A stretch of DNA of 64,000 bases from Rhina ancylostomus (Eukaryota), in assembly GCA_030265395.1 (NCBI GenBank), contig JARFYF010000029.1, forward strand, positions 17,361,587 through 17,425,586. Reading direction: 5' to 3'. Shown piece after piece: positions 13,006 through 23,790 of this stretch. The notes beneath the pieces were generated by a model, which saw nothing but the letters and a program-made list of their open reading frames with translations, had not been told where the DNA came from and searched no databases. How positions within the stretch are numbered: the first letter of the stretch is position 1; every line of letters starts with the position of its first letter. The position numbers and the translations under genes are program-made.

Positions 13006-14489
13006 ATGGTGTCAGATACAAAATGACTATTAACCAGTTGGAAACAATAGTTCAGATTTGAGATCCAGGTGCAGTCATAGCTTTTAATGCAAGACAAAAG
13101 TAGGCTATGTATTCATCCTTTTCAATTCTTGCTTTCTTGGCATTCAAATAGAAATGTGTTGATATACTGTTAAGCAGATTCTGACATTGCCACCTGAAGG
13201 TGACCAAAGCTTAGTTATTTTTGGTTTGCAGTACACAATGGAACTATTGCCTTAAAAGTACTGACATTCATCTACATGTCTCCTCTGTCATTTACTCTCA
13301 ATTCTAATTACTACTACATTTCAGACAACTACTTCATGTTGTCCTAGTTTGGAAAAGGTTGTGTTAAAGCTCTAATATTGAACTTTAAGGTGAGTCTTAG
13401 TCAAGTATAATCTCAATATGAAAGTGTGTTTGAATATNNNATATGTTTAGTTCCAATTGAATTGCCATTTTTATGGTAAAACTCACACAGAACATGATGA
13501 AATAGGGTTGAACACTTTTAAGAACAGCAGACAGCATATTAAACCACCAAATCATTTTGTGTTACTTGAAGATGTTGTGGATTGTGCCATATATATATAT
13601 ACACACAGCCTTCCCATCCTGAAGCCATTGCTAATCTCAGGAAAATAAATTCAAGAGCATTTATTAAAATGGTGGCTGGAAAATTCCAGACTCTGGGGGC
13701 GGGCAGGATTTTGTGGGAGGAACTGCAAAAAGATCCCCCCCCCCCAAAAGGCCAGATTCAATCAAGTTCTTAGTGTTTTGCTGTATTAAAATGCCTGTTG
13801 GAAACAGAATGCTGATCTTTTAGAAAATCGCAAAGTATTCTACGGTTTAAAAGCTATGAAAGCGAGTGTGAACCCTCTACAATTATTATGACGGGATTTT
13901 TTTAAAAACCGTATTAAAAATCACATGTATCCACAGCAACTCGGAAAACTTATTTCCCGTGTACGCATTTAATTTTCTTAAATATTAGGGCCCAATCAGT
14001 CCAGGAGGAACCTTGTTCCTTTCTGCTTGAAAAGCTGATTAAGCGCACTCAGAAACGGACAGGAATGCTAAAAAAACAGCATGGGCAGGCGGGCGGGCCG
14101 AGGATCCTGGGGGAGCCGCACACTCAGCTATTTGGTATGCATGAGTGGGCAGGCAGAAAAGGCGAGTGCTGTAGCTTTTTAACTTTACCCAACAATGCAG
14201 CGCCAGCGCCAGCGCCAGGCTCGCCCTGCCCATCAACCTCCCCGCTGCTACTGCTTCCCCCTTCAGTAAAATGCGCCAGAAATCATCTGGAAAGTCGCAG
14301 CATACGGTGTCTAAATGTAGCGAGAGCAAGACCATCCGGGTGAAGAGGAAACCTGATCAGCGCTGCGCTCCACAAAGCTGCCCTCGACTGCATCTCGTCA
14401 CTGACAAGGCGCCATTGGCCCACTTCCACCACCGTACTTTTCAAAATGATCACACAATGGGGGCACTGACACTTGTCTTTTTTTTCCAA

Positions 14490-15459
14490 AACATACTTCA
14501 TATTTTCCCGTCTTTATTATATAAATATCAGCTTTTTTTAACGTTTACTGTAAGAATATAAAACGTTTAAGTATCATTTACAAATTCACATACAGTACAA
14601 TTCAAATATAGGTTGATCAGCAGGATATTTTTTTTCCTCTCTTTTTCCTTCAGCAACTGCCTGTCTCTGCATCATGGCCCTCTTACAGGCAATCAGTCCT
14701 CGGGAATCGATGAGTCTTCAATTGACGAGCTCCCCCTATTTAAGGTAGAATAGGCTTTCATAATTTCTGAAAGGGGGGGGNNNNNNNNNNCCAAATAAGC
14801 CCCCCTCCCCCCCCCCAAACTGGCGTAAATGTCGACCAAAAAATAAGCCTGCACAGCTGCCAGATCAAGGCGTCTAGATTCCAAATTCAGTCCTTTTCCT
14901 TTGCATAAAACTATAGTTCGCGATTCTGACTTGGGTGCAGCTAAGACTGCAAAAACCAGCCTCGTGTGCTTCATAATTTTTTGTAAATTTTTTTTCCAGC
15001 CAACTTATTTTCATCGAATAATATATATTTTCTGTCCAAAAAGGGTAGTAACGCTGTAGACCAACCAGCGAGGAGGGGCAACGTTGCTCTAGGCACAGAT
15101 TTTACTGTGTAACTCCTCAATTTCAGGGCACAAAAAAAACGAGGTAGCCTTGAATGTGTCTATCAGCAATATGCATACCATCTACAAAACAAAAAGTATG
15201 AACCAGTTTCCAGAACAACTGTGACCAGTGTCAGAATTACTTTCTGTTGTTTTGAAAACTACGTTGAAGGATGGGAATACTGCAACTTATTTGATAGCAC
15301 AGTGTGGAAAGAATGTCTTGCAAGTTACAACAGAATGATCACCTTTTTGTTTGTTTTCTGTCGTTTTAGTCATAATTTTTGGAGAAAGAAAAACAATACT
15401 CTTGTTTTGACAGCAATGGCGGTGATTCATAAGTGTTTTTTAAAGATTAAAAAAAAATT
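14490..15459 (-). other. FBXL14: Probable FBXL14 3' UTR with poly(A) signal (AATAAA on minus strand at 14513-14518)
   Basis: Repeat-free AT-rich sequence after the stop codon; plus-strand TTTATT at 14513-14518. The actual cleavage site is inferred. Confidence 0.5.
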
Positions 15460-16770
15460 TCACCTCACTTTTTCACTTTCAGTCATCTGCCAGAGTCCCA
15501 AGTTAAGAACTTTAAGGCAGGGCAATTGCGTTATTCTTTCCAAACCCCTTTTGGTGATTTTTGTGCAGCCATAGAGATCAATGCCTGGCAGCTGGGTCAA
15601 ATGGTCAGCTATGAGCTCCAGTCCGTTGTCTGTAATCCGCACNNNNNNNNNNNNNNNNNNNNNNNNNNNNNNNNNNNNNNNNNNNNNNNNNNNNNNNNNN
15701 NNNNNNNNNNNNNNNNNNNNNNNNNNNNNNNNNNNNNNNNNNATCCGCACACACTGGCCGATATTTAGGGTCCTTAATTCGTGCATCTGCCGGGCCATTT
15801 TGTTGATGCCGTCATCACTTATGTGGCAGGAGCAAAGGGAAAGGGATTTGAGCTGATACAAGCCTTGCGCGATATAAGCCAGGCTCTGATCGCCTATCTT
15901 ATCGCAAAAGGAAACGTCCAACCCACTCAGTCTCAAGCTGCCCATGGCCAAATGCATGATGCCGGTATCGCTGATGTTGTCACAAGACCTCAGGTTGAGA
16001 CTCCACAAACTCGTCATGTGTGAAAGATGCAGCATACCCGCGTCTGAAATCCCACCGCAGAAACTCAAGTTGAGTACCTTGAGTTTGGTCAGGCCTTTGG
16101 AGATGTGTTTTAAGGAGAGATCGGAGAGTTTCTGGCAGTCTTGTAAAGTCAGATATTCCAGGTTTAAGCAGCCTTCCGCAGCGCTTCTAGTCATGCCTGC
16201 CAAATGGCCGATTCCTACATCCGAGACATGCCGGCAGCTCCTCAGATTCAAGCTCTTGAGTCTGTGCAAGCCCCAAGCGATCAACAGAAGGCCTGTGTTG
16301 GTGATATTGCTGCAGCCGCCCAGCTCCAGCACCTCCAGGTTCTTGAGATACTGTGCGATCCTACCCAGGCTACTGTCCGTGATCTGCTTGCAGAGGCTCA
16401 GATTCAGCACGTTCAGGGACGGGATCTCTTGCACGAAAGCGTGCCCCAGGCCGATGTCCGTCAAGTTGTAGCAGCCGCTCAGGTTCAGGCTCTCGATGTT
16501 GGGCATGCCTTGGATCACATAGCTGAGGCTGCGCCGAAGGCTGAGGATCTGCACCCGCCTGATGCCCCTCGCCTGCAGGCTGGGGAAAAGGGAAGGGTTG
16601 GCTCTCCTCAGATGCAACTTGGCTTCCACCCCTCTCCAGACGGATTTGTGGTAGGCAGCGTCCCTCCAAGCCGTGCACACTTGCGCCGCTCGCCCTTTGT
16701 CCCTCACGTCCAGATACCTGAAGATCATGGCCAGGATCTCGGGGAAGAGGCAGGAGATGTGCGTCTCCAT
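15460..16770 (-). CDS. FBXL14: F-box/LRR-repeat protein 14 (SCF substrate adaptor), single coding exon
   Basis: ORF starts METHISCLFPEILAMIFRYLDVRDKGRAAQVCTAWRDAAYHKSVWRGV (F-box), followed by cysteine-containing LRRs (LNLSGCYNLTD, LNLSLCKQITD, LELGGCSNITN...), and ends LGLWQMTESEKVR. Recognisably near-identical to vertebrate FBXL14/Ppa. The internal gap 15643-15742 is flanked by duplicated ATCCGCAC; removing 108 nt gives 400 aa. Confidence 0.97.
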   Translation of the reverse strand: METHISCLFPEILAMIFRYLDVRDKGRAAQVCTAWRDAAYHKSVWRGVEAKLHLRRANPSLFPSLQARGIRRVQILSLRRSLSYVIQGMPNIESLNLSGCYNLTDIGLGHAFVQEIPSLNVLNLSLCKQITDSSLGRIAQYLKNLEVLELGGCSNITNTGLLLIAWGLHRLKSLNLRSCRHVSDVGIGHLAGMTRSAAEGCLNLEYLTLQDCQKLSDLSLKHISKGLTKLKVLNLSFCGGISDAGMLHLSHMTSLWSLNLRSCDNISDTGIMHLAMGSLRLSGLDVSFCDKIGDQSLAYIAQGLYQLKSLSLCSCHISDDGINKMARQMHELRTLNIGQCVRXXXXXXXXXXXXXXXXXXXXXXXXXXXXXXXXXXVRITDNGLELIADHLTQLPGIDLYGCTKITKRGLERITQLPCLKVLNLGLWQMTESEKVR

Positions 16771-17500
16771 GTCTCCGCGCTGCTNNNNNNNNNNNNNNNN
16801 NNNNNNNNNNNNNNNNNNNNNNNNNNNNNNNNNNNNNNNNNNNNNNNNNNNNNNNNNNNNNNNNNNNNNNNNNNNNNNNNNNNNNNNNNNNNNNNNNNNN
16901 NNNNNNNNNNNNNNNNNNNNNNNNNNNNNNNNNNNNNNNNNNNNNNNNNNNNNNNNNNNNNNNNNNNNNNNNNNNNNNNNNNNNNNNNNNNNNNNNNNNN
17001 NNNNNNNNNNNNNNNNNNNNNNNNNNNNNNNNNNNNNNTCCTCCCGGGCCGGCGGACGTGCGTTGCCTGAGCCGGCGCTGCCCTCCCAGCCCCCATCGGA
17101 GCTCTCACGCCCGGCAGCCGGAGGGCTTCCTGCGGCCTTTGTCTGATCTTTTCAAACCCACTTGGCAGGCGCGCAGCATTCTCCATTGCGGGGGTGTCCC
17201 CGGAAATTAGAAACAGAGAAAGAAACTCACTGCCAGAACTCAAACCTCATGTTTTGCCCAGGAGCGGTTCGGGCTCCGAGCGCGGTCCAGTTACTCGCGC
17301 TCGGAGGAGGGGAAACACTCGGGTTTGAGGAGCGGAGGCAAAGCGCAGTGCGCTGGTCTCCCCCGCCGTGGGGTTGGCCATTGGTCTCGCTGGGATGGAA
17401 CGGTCAGAATCGTTCCCTAGGCAACCAACTTCTTACAATTCGGTTCACTTTACATTAACCCCTTCGTTCCTGGTGCGCAGGACAGGGCTTCGCCGCTTGG
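16100..17500. promoter_or_regulatory. CpG island / FBXL14 promoter and 5' region
   Basis: High GC and CpG density against a CpG-depleted background. GC-rich gap 16785-17038 lies just upstream of the ATG. ATTGG (CCAAT box) at ~17380 and X-box-like GTTCCCTAGGCAAC at 17412-17425. Confidence 0.75.
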
Positions 17501-19879
17501 AGATCCTCAGGGTCAAGAACAAGCACCGAAGTGTCCATTTCTTTTAATTAAAATCAACCCCCTCATAATTGCAGGAACGGTATGTTCGCACTCTGCAAAA
17601 ATCTGCATTTATCGATCATCCTTGGACTTCTGTGCGTTTTGAAATGATAGAAGATGGTGTATGCAGTCACCATAACATTTCAATACAAATAATGTATGGA
17701 GATCTGGCAACAATTTTCTGCCTTTTACTTTCCAAATAAAAGTCTAATCTTAAATGCACAGATTTACGTAACTGCAGACGGATTTAGGATAGTTCCGTTT
17801 TGTTTTGATTCTGTGGAACAGAACTCAGATTTAAACCACGAAAAATATAAACAAAAATGTTTTGGTGCAATTGATTAAGCTTCTTTACCCAGTTACTTAA
17901 ACTCCACTTTTTAACTGTCAATTGTAATTTAAATAATAGTGGTTTATACCCCATTAAATAATGTTATATAATCTCTTAAATTTGCATCACGTACTTGAAC
18001 ATTACCACAATGGCCTGGTCTTTATCATTAGAAGAAACGGTGCCACCTTTTCTTATCATTAATCAATAAAGAAAGAAAACACGTTGTGATTAAAGTGTTT
18101 AACGAATCACGTCGTAACGACAAACAGTTGTCAAGGAAGGATTGTCTAACATCAAAGAGTTAATATTTTTAAAATGGAGCTAGAAAGGGGCCTTTAAAGG
18201 TACGGACAGGGGAGGAGACTGAAACCAGTGAATTGCCTATCAGGGCGCATGTGCGGCAGTTTCCAATTGGCCTCAGGACGGGATAGCAGAGAAAAGTGAG
18301 AATTTTCGTTTTGTCAAAGCGTTAGTTAAAACACAAATGATGCAGTCATGAAGATGAATAATGCATGTACTCTAATATTATCGAGTACATCCTTGTTAAT
18401 TAGTTCCATATACATCAGTGACAATAAAATTGGGGGAACAGTCTCATCCACATGGTGCGCAAAAGGCCTAGTAAATGATTCCAGAGAATGGGCTTATTGT
18501 AAATACAGGGTTTTGGTCAAGGTGGTAGGATACAAAAATAGGTTTCTCTTTATATTTCTGATGTTTAAAGTATGTGTACTTTGCCAGAAAGACCATGGGT
18601 AGTTTTGCAAAAAGAACAAAGTTACAGCTATGAGTTAAATGAAAAGATACTTTCCAATACATTTCAAAATGTTGAATTCAAGTATATTATTTTCATGTAG
18701 TGAATACAATTCGCCCCCTCTCTAATTTCATGCTGTGGGGGAAGGCGAGACACATCTGTTCGTATATGGTGGTGTTGGCTGTTGCACCTCATCGTTTCTG
18801 TCCTCCGAAGTTGTGTCTCTTTAATGGGAACAAACAACAGACTGCCCCCTCTCGGTGGGCCCGCATAGGCTATAGCTCCAACTTCCATGACTTGCAAGAA
18901 ATATTATTTTCCACAGTATTATCGAGAGGCAGTGAATTTTCGGATTGTAATAATAGTGAAGTATTGAAAATTCTCGGCTGTATAGTCAAAACAGTTTAGT
19001 CTTTTGTGATGGAAAATTCCCTGCACGTAGAAACTTTAAAAAGCTCATGATTTGAAAATAGAAATGGGAACTGTTTAAAATAAAGACTTTTTCTTTGGAA
19101 ATACTTGGTAATTTGACGTCATTTTGTTTTTGCTGTTTGAAAACATCTGGTGGAAAGGCAGTATTATCAGGTGAATTATAGTTGGTATGGGCAGCACAAT
19201 CCATATAAGTGATATTTAACATAAAATGGCTCCACAGTTGTGGTCAAATCACCATTCAAAGTTTGAAGAAAATGTATCAAATCTTTACCAGATGCAAAAC
19301 TGATTTTCAGTCACTTGTAACTGAGCTGGTAAATATGGTGCCATTTACTTAGTTTATTTCAACACTCACTGTCCCCATATGCAGGGAGGGGAAAAATTCC
19401 TCAATCTTCATCAGAATCTGTCCTGGGGGTGATGGAGGAGAGATCATTCGATATATTTAAGGTGGAAAGAGATAAATATTTGAAACATTTGTTTTTGACA
19501 CACGTTTTGGTCCTGTCCTCTTTTGGAAAAATACTGGAAAGACATTTTTAAACATTTCAAATGTATTGAAGATCGATTTACAACCACACCCTATTATTGC
19601 AATTTTTGGATTACAAAGGATTGAGTGTGGCCATTTATCTGCTTCCACTAACTGTATNNNNNNNNNNNNNNNNNNNNNNNNNNNNNNNNNNNNNNNNNNN
19701 NNNNNNNNNNNNNNNNNNNNNNNNNNNNNNNNNNNNNNNNNNNNNNNNNNNNNNNNNTTTTATATTTTATTGTATGATTATCTAAGACATGAGTGTTATC
19801 CAGATCTCTTTGTAATACATGTATGAACATTGATATAGTAATCTGTATTGATTTGAAAACTAATAAAAAAGATTGAAAA

Positions 19880-20030
19880 AGAATATCTGAAACATCAAGG
19901 AATTGCGGGATATGGGGAACCGGTACAGAAGAGGAGTTGAGGCCAGCGTACATCAGCCATGATCATATTGAATGGCAGGGCAGCTTGAGGGGCCAAGTAG
20001 CCTACTCCTGCTCCTGTGTTCTTGTGTTCT
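19880..20030 (+). mobile_element. CR1 LINE 3' end
   Basis: ATCAGCCATGATCATATTGAATGGCAGGGCAGCTTGAGGGGCCAAGTAGCCTACTCCTGCTCCT, ending in (GTTCTT)-like repeats; near-identical to 32750-32890. Confidence 0.8.
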
Positions 20031-20739
20031 TAATCATTGTCCAGTAATTTCTACAGTAAAGCATTTTCATGTGGATACCGTGGGCCAGGCTCATATGACA
20101 TATGGCCACTTTGATATAGCGTTAGCCAATTCTTGTTTGAAGGAACATTAACTCAACCTGATTTCCTATACTGAGGAAAGGACTTGAAGAGTAATTAGAA
20201 GAGTAGTTAAAGGGAGATAGTGTAAATATAAAATATTTTCCATATATCTTTTGAAATATGTAGTTAAGAATGCAATAATTACCTATGTACTTAATAATAG
20301 CAACCATATCTCTATAGCTGTAAGACAGCGATATAGTTAAGCTTGTGAAAAGAGCCGTTGTGACATTTTTTAATCTATATTAGAAATAATACATTTTAAG
20401 TTACAATTTGTAGTTATATTGTAACTTATCTCACTTACTTGTGTTTAAGTCAACCAGACATATCAATATGATAATGAATCATTAATGTCTGTCAATGCAC
20501 GCATCGGTATATGCTCATTTATCACTGTGGTTATGACAGACACACTCAGATTGGTTTACCCTCTGATTCTGAGCACGAGATCTCTGTTGCATGCTCTTCA
20601 TCCTCTGGTAGTTGTTATGTNNNNNNNNNNNNNNNNNNNNNNNNNNNNNNNNNNNNNNNNNNNNNNNNNNNNNNNNNNNNNNNNNNNNNNNNNNNNNNNN
20701 NNNNNNNNNNNNNNNNNNNNGTTGTTATGTAATGGATAT

Positions 20740-21010
20740 AGAGTGATATAGCACTGAGATACACCCTTTGGCCCACTGTGTCCATGCTGACCATTGAGTA
20801 CCCATCTATACTAATCTTATTTACCGGCACTTGGTCTGTTGACTTACATGCTTTCGTAATTCATGTGTTGTTCCAGATAATTCTTAAATGTCGTAAGACT
20901 ATCTGCTCCTACCAGCTACCCAGGCAGTGTATTCCTGATTCCAATCAACTCTTGTTAGAGCCCTTCTAAAACTCTTACCCATTACTCTAAACCTATGTCT
21001 TCTGAATATA
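20740..21010 (-). mobile_element. CR1 LINE 3' end (antisense)
   Basis: TAGAGTGATATAGCACTGAGATACACCCTTTGGCCCACTGTGTCCATGCTGACCA; similar copies at 34110-34270 and 35388-35610. Confidence 0.7.
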
Positions 21011-21035
21011 TATGTACTTGAATCCCACTTTCAAA

Positions 21036-21932
21036 ACAGAGACACAAGAAACTGCAGATGCTGGAATCTGGAGCAGCAAACAATCTGCTGGATGAACTCA
21101 GCAGATCAAGCAGCATCTGTGGGGGGAAAAGGAATTATCGACGTTTCAGGCCAACTGCTGGAGAGTGATATGCAAGCACATAAAGGCTACCAGTGCTGGA
21201 ATCCGATATGTAAGAAGGTGATAATGGGAACCATTGGGGGAGGAGTGAAAGGCAGGACCAGCCAGGGTAGGTGGGGAGGGTGGGAGCCGGTGGGTGTAAT
21301 GTGTGGGTAGTAGGTTGGAATTGGGAGGGGTGGGGGGTCAAAATTGGGTAAAGTGAGACTGGAGAGGGGATATGGGAAAGGGGGCAAAAAGAGGGTGCGT
21401 TACCTGAAGTTAGAAAATTCAATATTCATGCCACTGGGTTGTAGACAAACCAGACAGAATATGAGGTGTTGTTCCTGTATGTTGCGTTGAGCCTCATCCT
21501 GGCAGTGGAGAAAGCTGAGGATGGACTGGTCGGTGTGGGAATGGGAAAGGGACATAAATAGCATTCACCTGGGAGCTGGGGATGGCCATTGTGGACAGAG
21601 TGCAGGTGCTCAACGAATTGGTTCTCATTGTCACCTTCCTTATCAGATTCCAGCACTGATAGCCTTTGTGTTCCTGTTTGTCTCCATCTTCGCCCTCTCC
21701 TTCCCTCCCTCCTAGCTCCACTTTCCTCTTTTTTTGTCTGCTTCCATTTATCACCCACCTGCTTCCATCCCACAACTTCACCCTGCCTCGATATACCAGT
21801 CATTCTTCGCCCATCCACTCAGTCCACTAATCACCTCTGGTCCATGTCTCGCCACTCTTCACTTTAAAATGGTCATCTCCCCTCTGCACATTTAGTCCTG
21901 ATTCAGGGTTTCAACTGGAAACCTTGACAATT
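21036..21932 (-). mobile_element. Penelope-like retroelement remnant (GIY-YIG endonuclease C-terminus with inverted terminal segments)
   Basis: Minus strand ~21620-21400 reads, with frameshifts, FVEHLHSVHNGHPQLP...SILSFLHCQDEAQRNIQEQHLIFCLVCLQPSGMNIEFSNFR*, typical of the PLE GIY-YIG C-terminus. 21175-21235 is inverted relative to 21617-21680. Confidence 0.85.
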
Positions 21933-21942
21933 ACTGCACCCT

Positions 21943-22013
<71 letters not shown>

Positions 22014-22554
22014 NNNNNNNNNNATTGCTCTAACTTTTTAAGTTCCATGACATCTAAGGTTTAATTACAAACTGAAGTACTAAAAATACCAAAATAAAGT
22101 TTAGATGCAATTTTGTTATTTCCTTCAAAGGTGAAGTATTTCAAATCATCTTTAGATTATCCTCAAAATAAAGATAAAATCATCCGAAGTATGTTAAATA
22201 TAATCCTTTGCAAGATCTAATCAAAAGTCATTGGACACTCATACTATCCAAGTCTAGCATTGCATTTAGCTTCAGGGACAGGCCATTGCAAAAAAAATCA
22301 GCCTGGGTTTCTATTGTTTCACAGTAAAGTAGATTATGTGTTTGCTGCTGGGTATTGAGTAGAGGACAAGTTTGAAGTTGGCTCAAATTTCCTTCCTTGT
22401 TTATAGATAGGTGACATTTTCCACCAAGGCCCATAAATGAATAATATTATGGATAAATGCAGAAGGTGACTAACTTTAATGAAGTCTTACACATATAATG
22501 TCATTATCTTCAGCAAAGAACGAAGGATTAAATGCTAACAAGTAAATAAAATAC

Positions 22555-23085
22555 TGGCACAGTCTGGTACAGCAATTTGAATACGGAAGAACATAAGAAG
22601 CCTCAGAGAGTAGTGGACTCAGCCCAATACATCACAAGAACATTCCTCCCCACCATTGGTAGTATCTACAGAAGGCGCTGCCTAAGGAAGGCAACATCCA
22701 TCATCAAAGATCCCCACCATCCAGGCCATGCCATCTTTTCCCACCTACCATCAGGCATGATGTACAGAAGCCTTAAGTCCCACACCATCAGGTTCAAGAA
22801 CAGCTACTTCCCTTCAACTATTCGGTTCTTGAACCAACCAGCAAAACCCTAAGCACTACAGTTTAGCAACAATATGACGATTTTGCACTAAAATGGTCTT
22901 CATTTTTTGTTTTAATTGTGTTCTTTATTGTAAATAATTTCAGTGTATAATTTGTTTAATTTATGTTTTTCTTGTGAATGCTGCTCATCTGATGCTATGT
23001 GCCGGTGATGCTGCTGCAAGTGTTTCATTGCACCTCTGCATACATGTACTTGTGCATATGACAATAAACTCCACTTTGACTTTGA
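22555..23085 (+). mobile_element. Rex1/Babar-type LINE 3' end
   Basis: ORF 22577-22852: QRVVDSAQYIT..LPTIGSIYRRRCLRKATSIIKDPHHPGHAIFSHLPSG..YRSLKSHTIRFKNSYFP; tail GTGCATATGACAATAAAC followed by (CTTTGA)n. Confidence 0.85.
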
Positions 23086-23569
23086 AATAAAGTGATGTGA
23101 TTATTAGTTCTACACAACTTAAATGTAAGGACATTTAGTGTAATCACAACTGAAAAGTAGGAAGAGGAAACATATTAATAAAATTAAAATATGCATATAT
23201 TTTAAGAGCTTATGTTCTTAACTGGTGGGGCAGAAAAGGTGATCTACCAGGGCTATGGCAATGAGAGCTATTCAACCACTGGGGCAGAGCACGGAACACC
23301 ATGTGTCTACATGAGAAATTTGCTGAAGCCACTGTGTCGTAGGAATATGGCATTTTTATATTAAAGGTCTTGTTTAGGGCATGTGGCTTTAAAGCTGAGG
23401 ATATATTTGCCCTGCAAGATTTTCCTCACAGTGGGAATTTTGATATCTTCTACAGAGCTTAAAACAGCTCAAGTCTTTTGAGGAGGAGGGAAAGGAAGCA
23501 CACTTGTTGCTCCCCTGTGTGGAATCTCTTGTCCCAAACCCACAAGAAAAAGTTCGAACATTGACTCTG

Positions 23570-23790
23570 CACGTCTCTAGAATTTTCTCCTGCAGAGGGT
23601 TGTGGAGGCTGGATCACTGGAAGTATTTAAAGGGGAGGTGGATACATTTTTGAAAGACTGGGGAATTGAGGGCTAAGTGGAACTAGCAGAGGAATTAATG
23701 CCTGGAGCAGATCGGCCATGATGATAATGAATAGCAGAGCCGGCTCGATGGGCCAAGTGGCCTACTCCTGCTATTTTCTCGTATGTTCAG
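23570..23790 (+). mobile_element. CR1 LINE 3' end
   Basis: GAGGGTTGTGGAGGCTGGATCACTGGAAGTATTTAAAGGGGAGGTGGAT...GGGCCAAGTGGCCTACTCCTGCT. Confidence 0.8.

Noticed and set aside
1-14000. Expected 3' exons of ERC1 (neighbour of FBXL14 in other vertebrates)
   Set aside because: No ERC1-like peptide or credible exon found; probably outside the window.
14039-14561. ORFs of 72-98 aa in the GC-rich patch
   Set aside because: No homology recognised; length is expected by chance at this GC content.
15781-17243. Long overlapping ORFs antisense to or frame-shifted within FBXL14 (e.g. 16204-17070, 15944-16471)
   Set aside because: Shadow ORFs of a GC-rich coding region, several inflated by N runs; no recognisable protein.
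21943-22013. 71-nt poly-G run (G-quadruplex candidate)
   Set aside because: A pure G run ending at an N gap is typical of a two-colour sequencing no-signal artefact. The shorter G runs next to gaps at ~9950-9965 and ~14773-14780 are also suspect.
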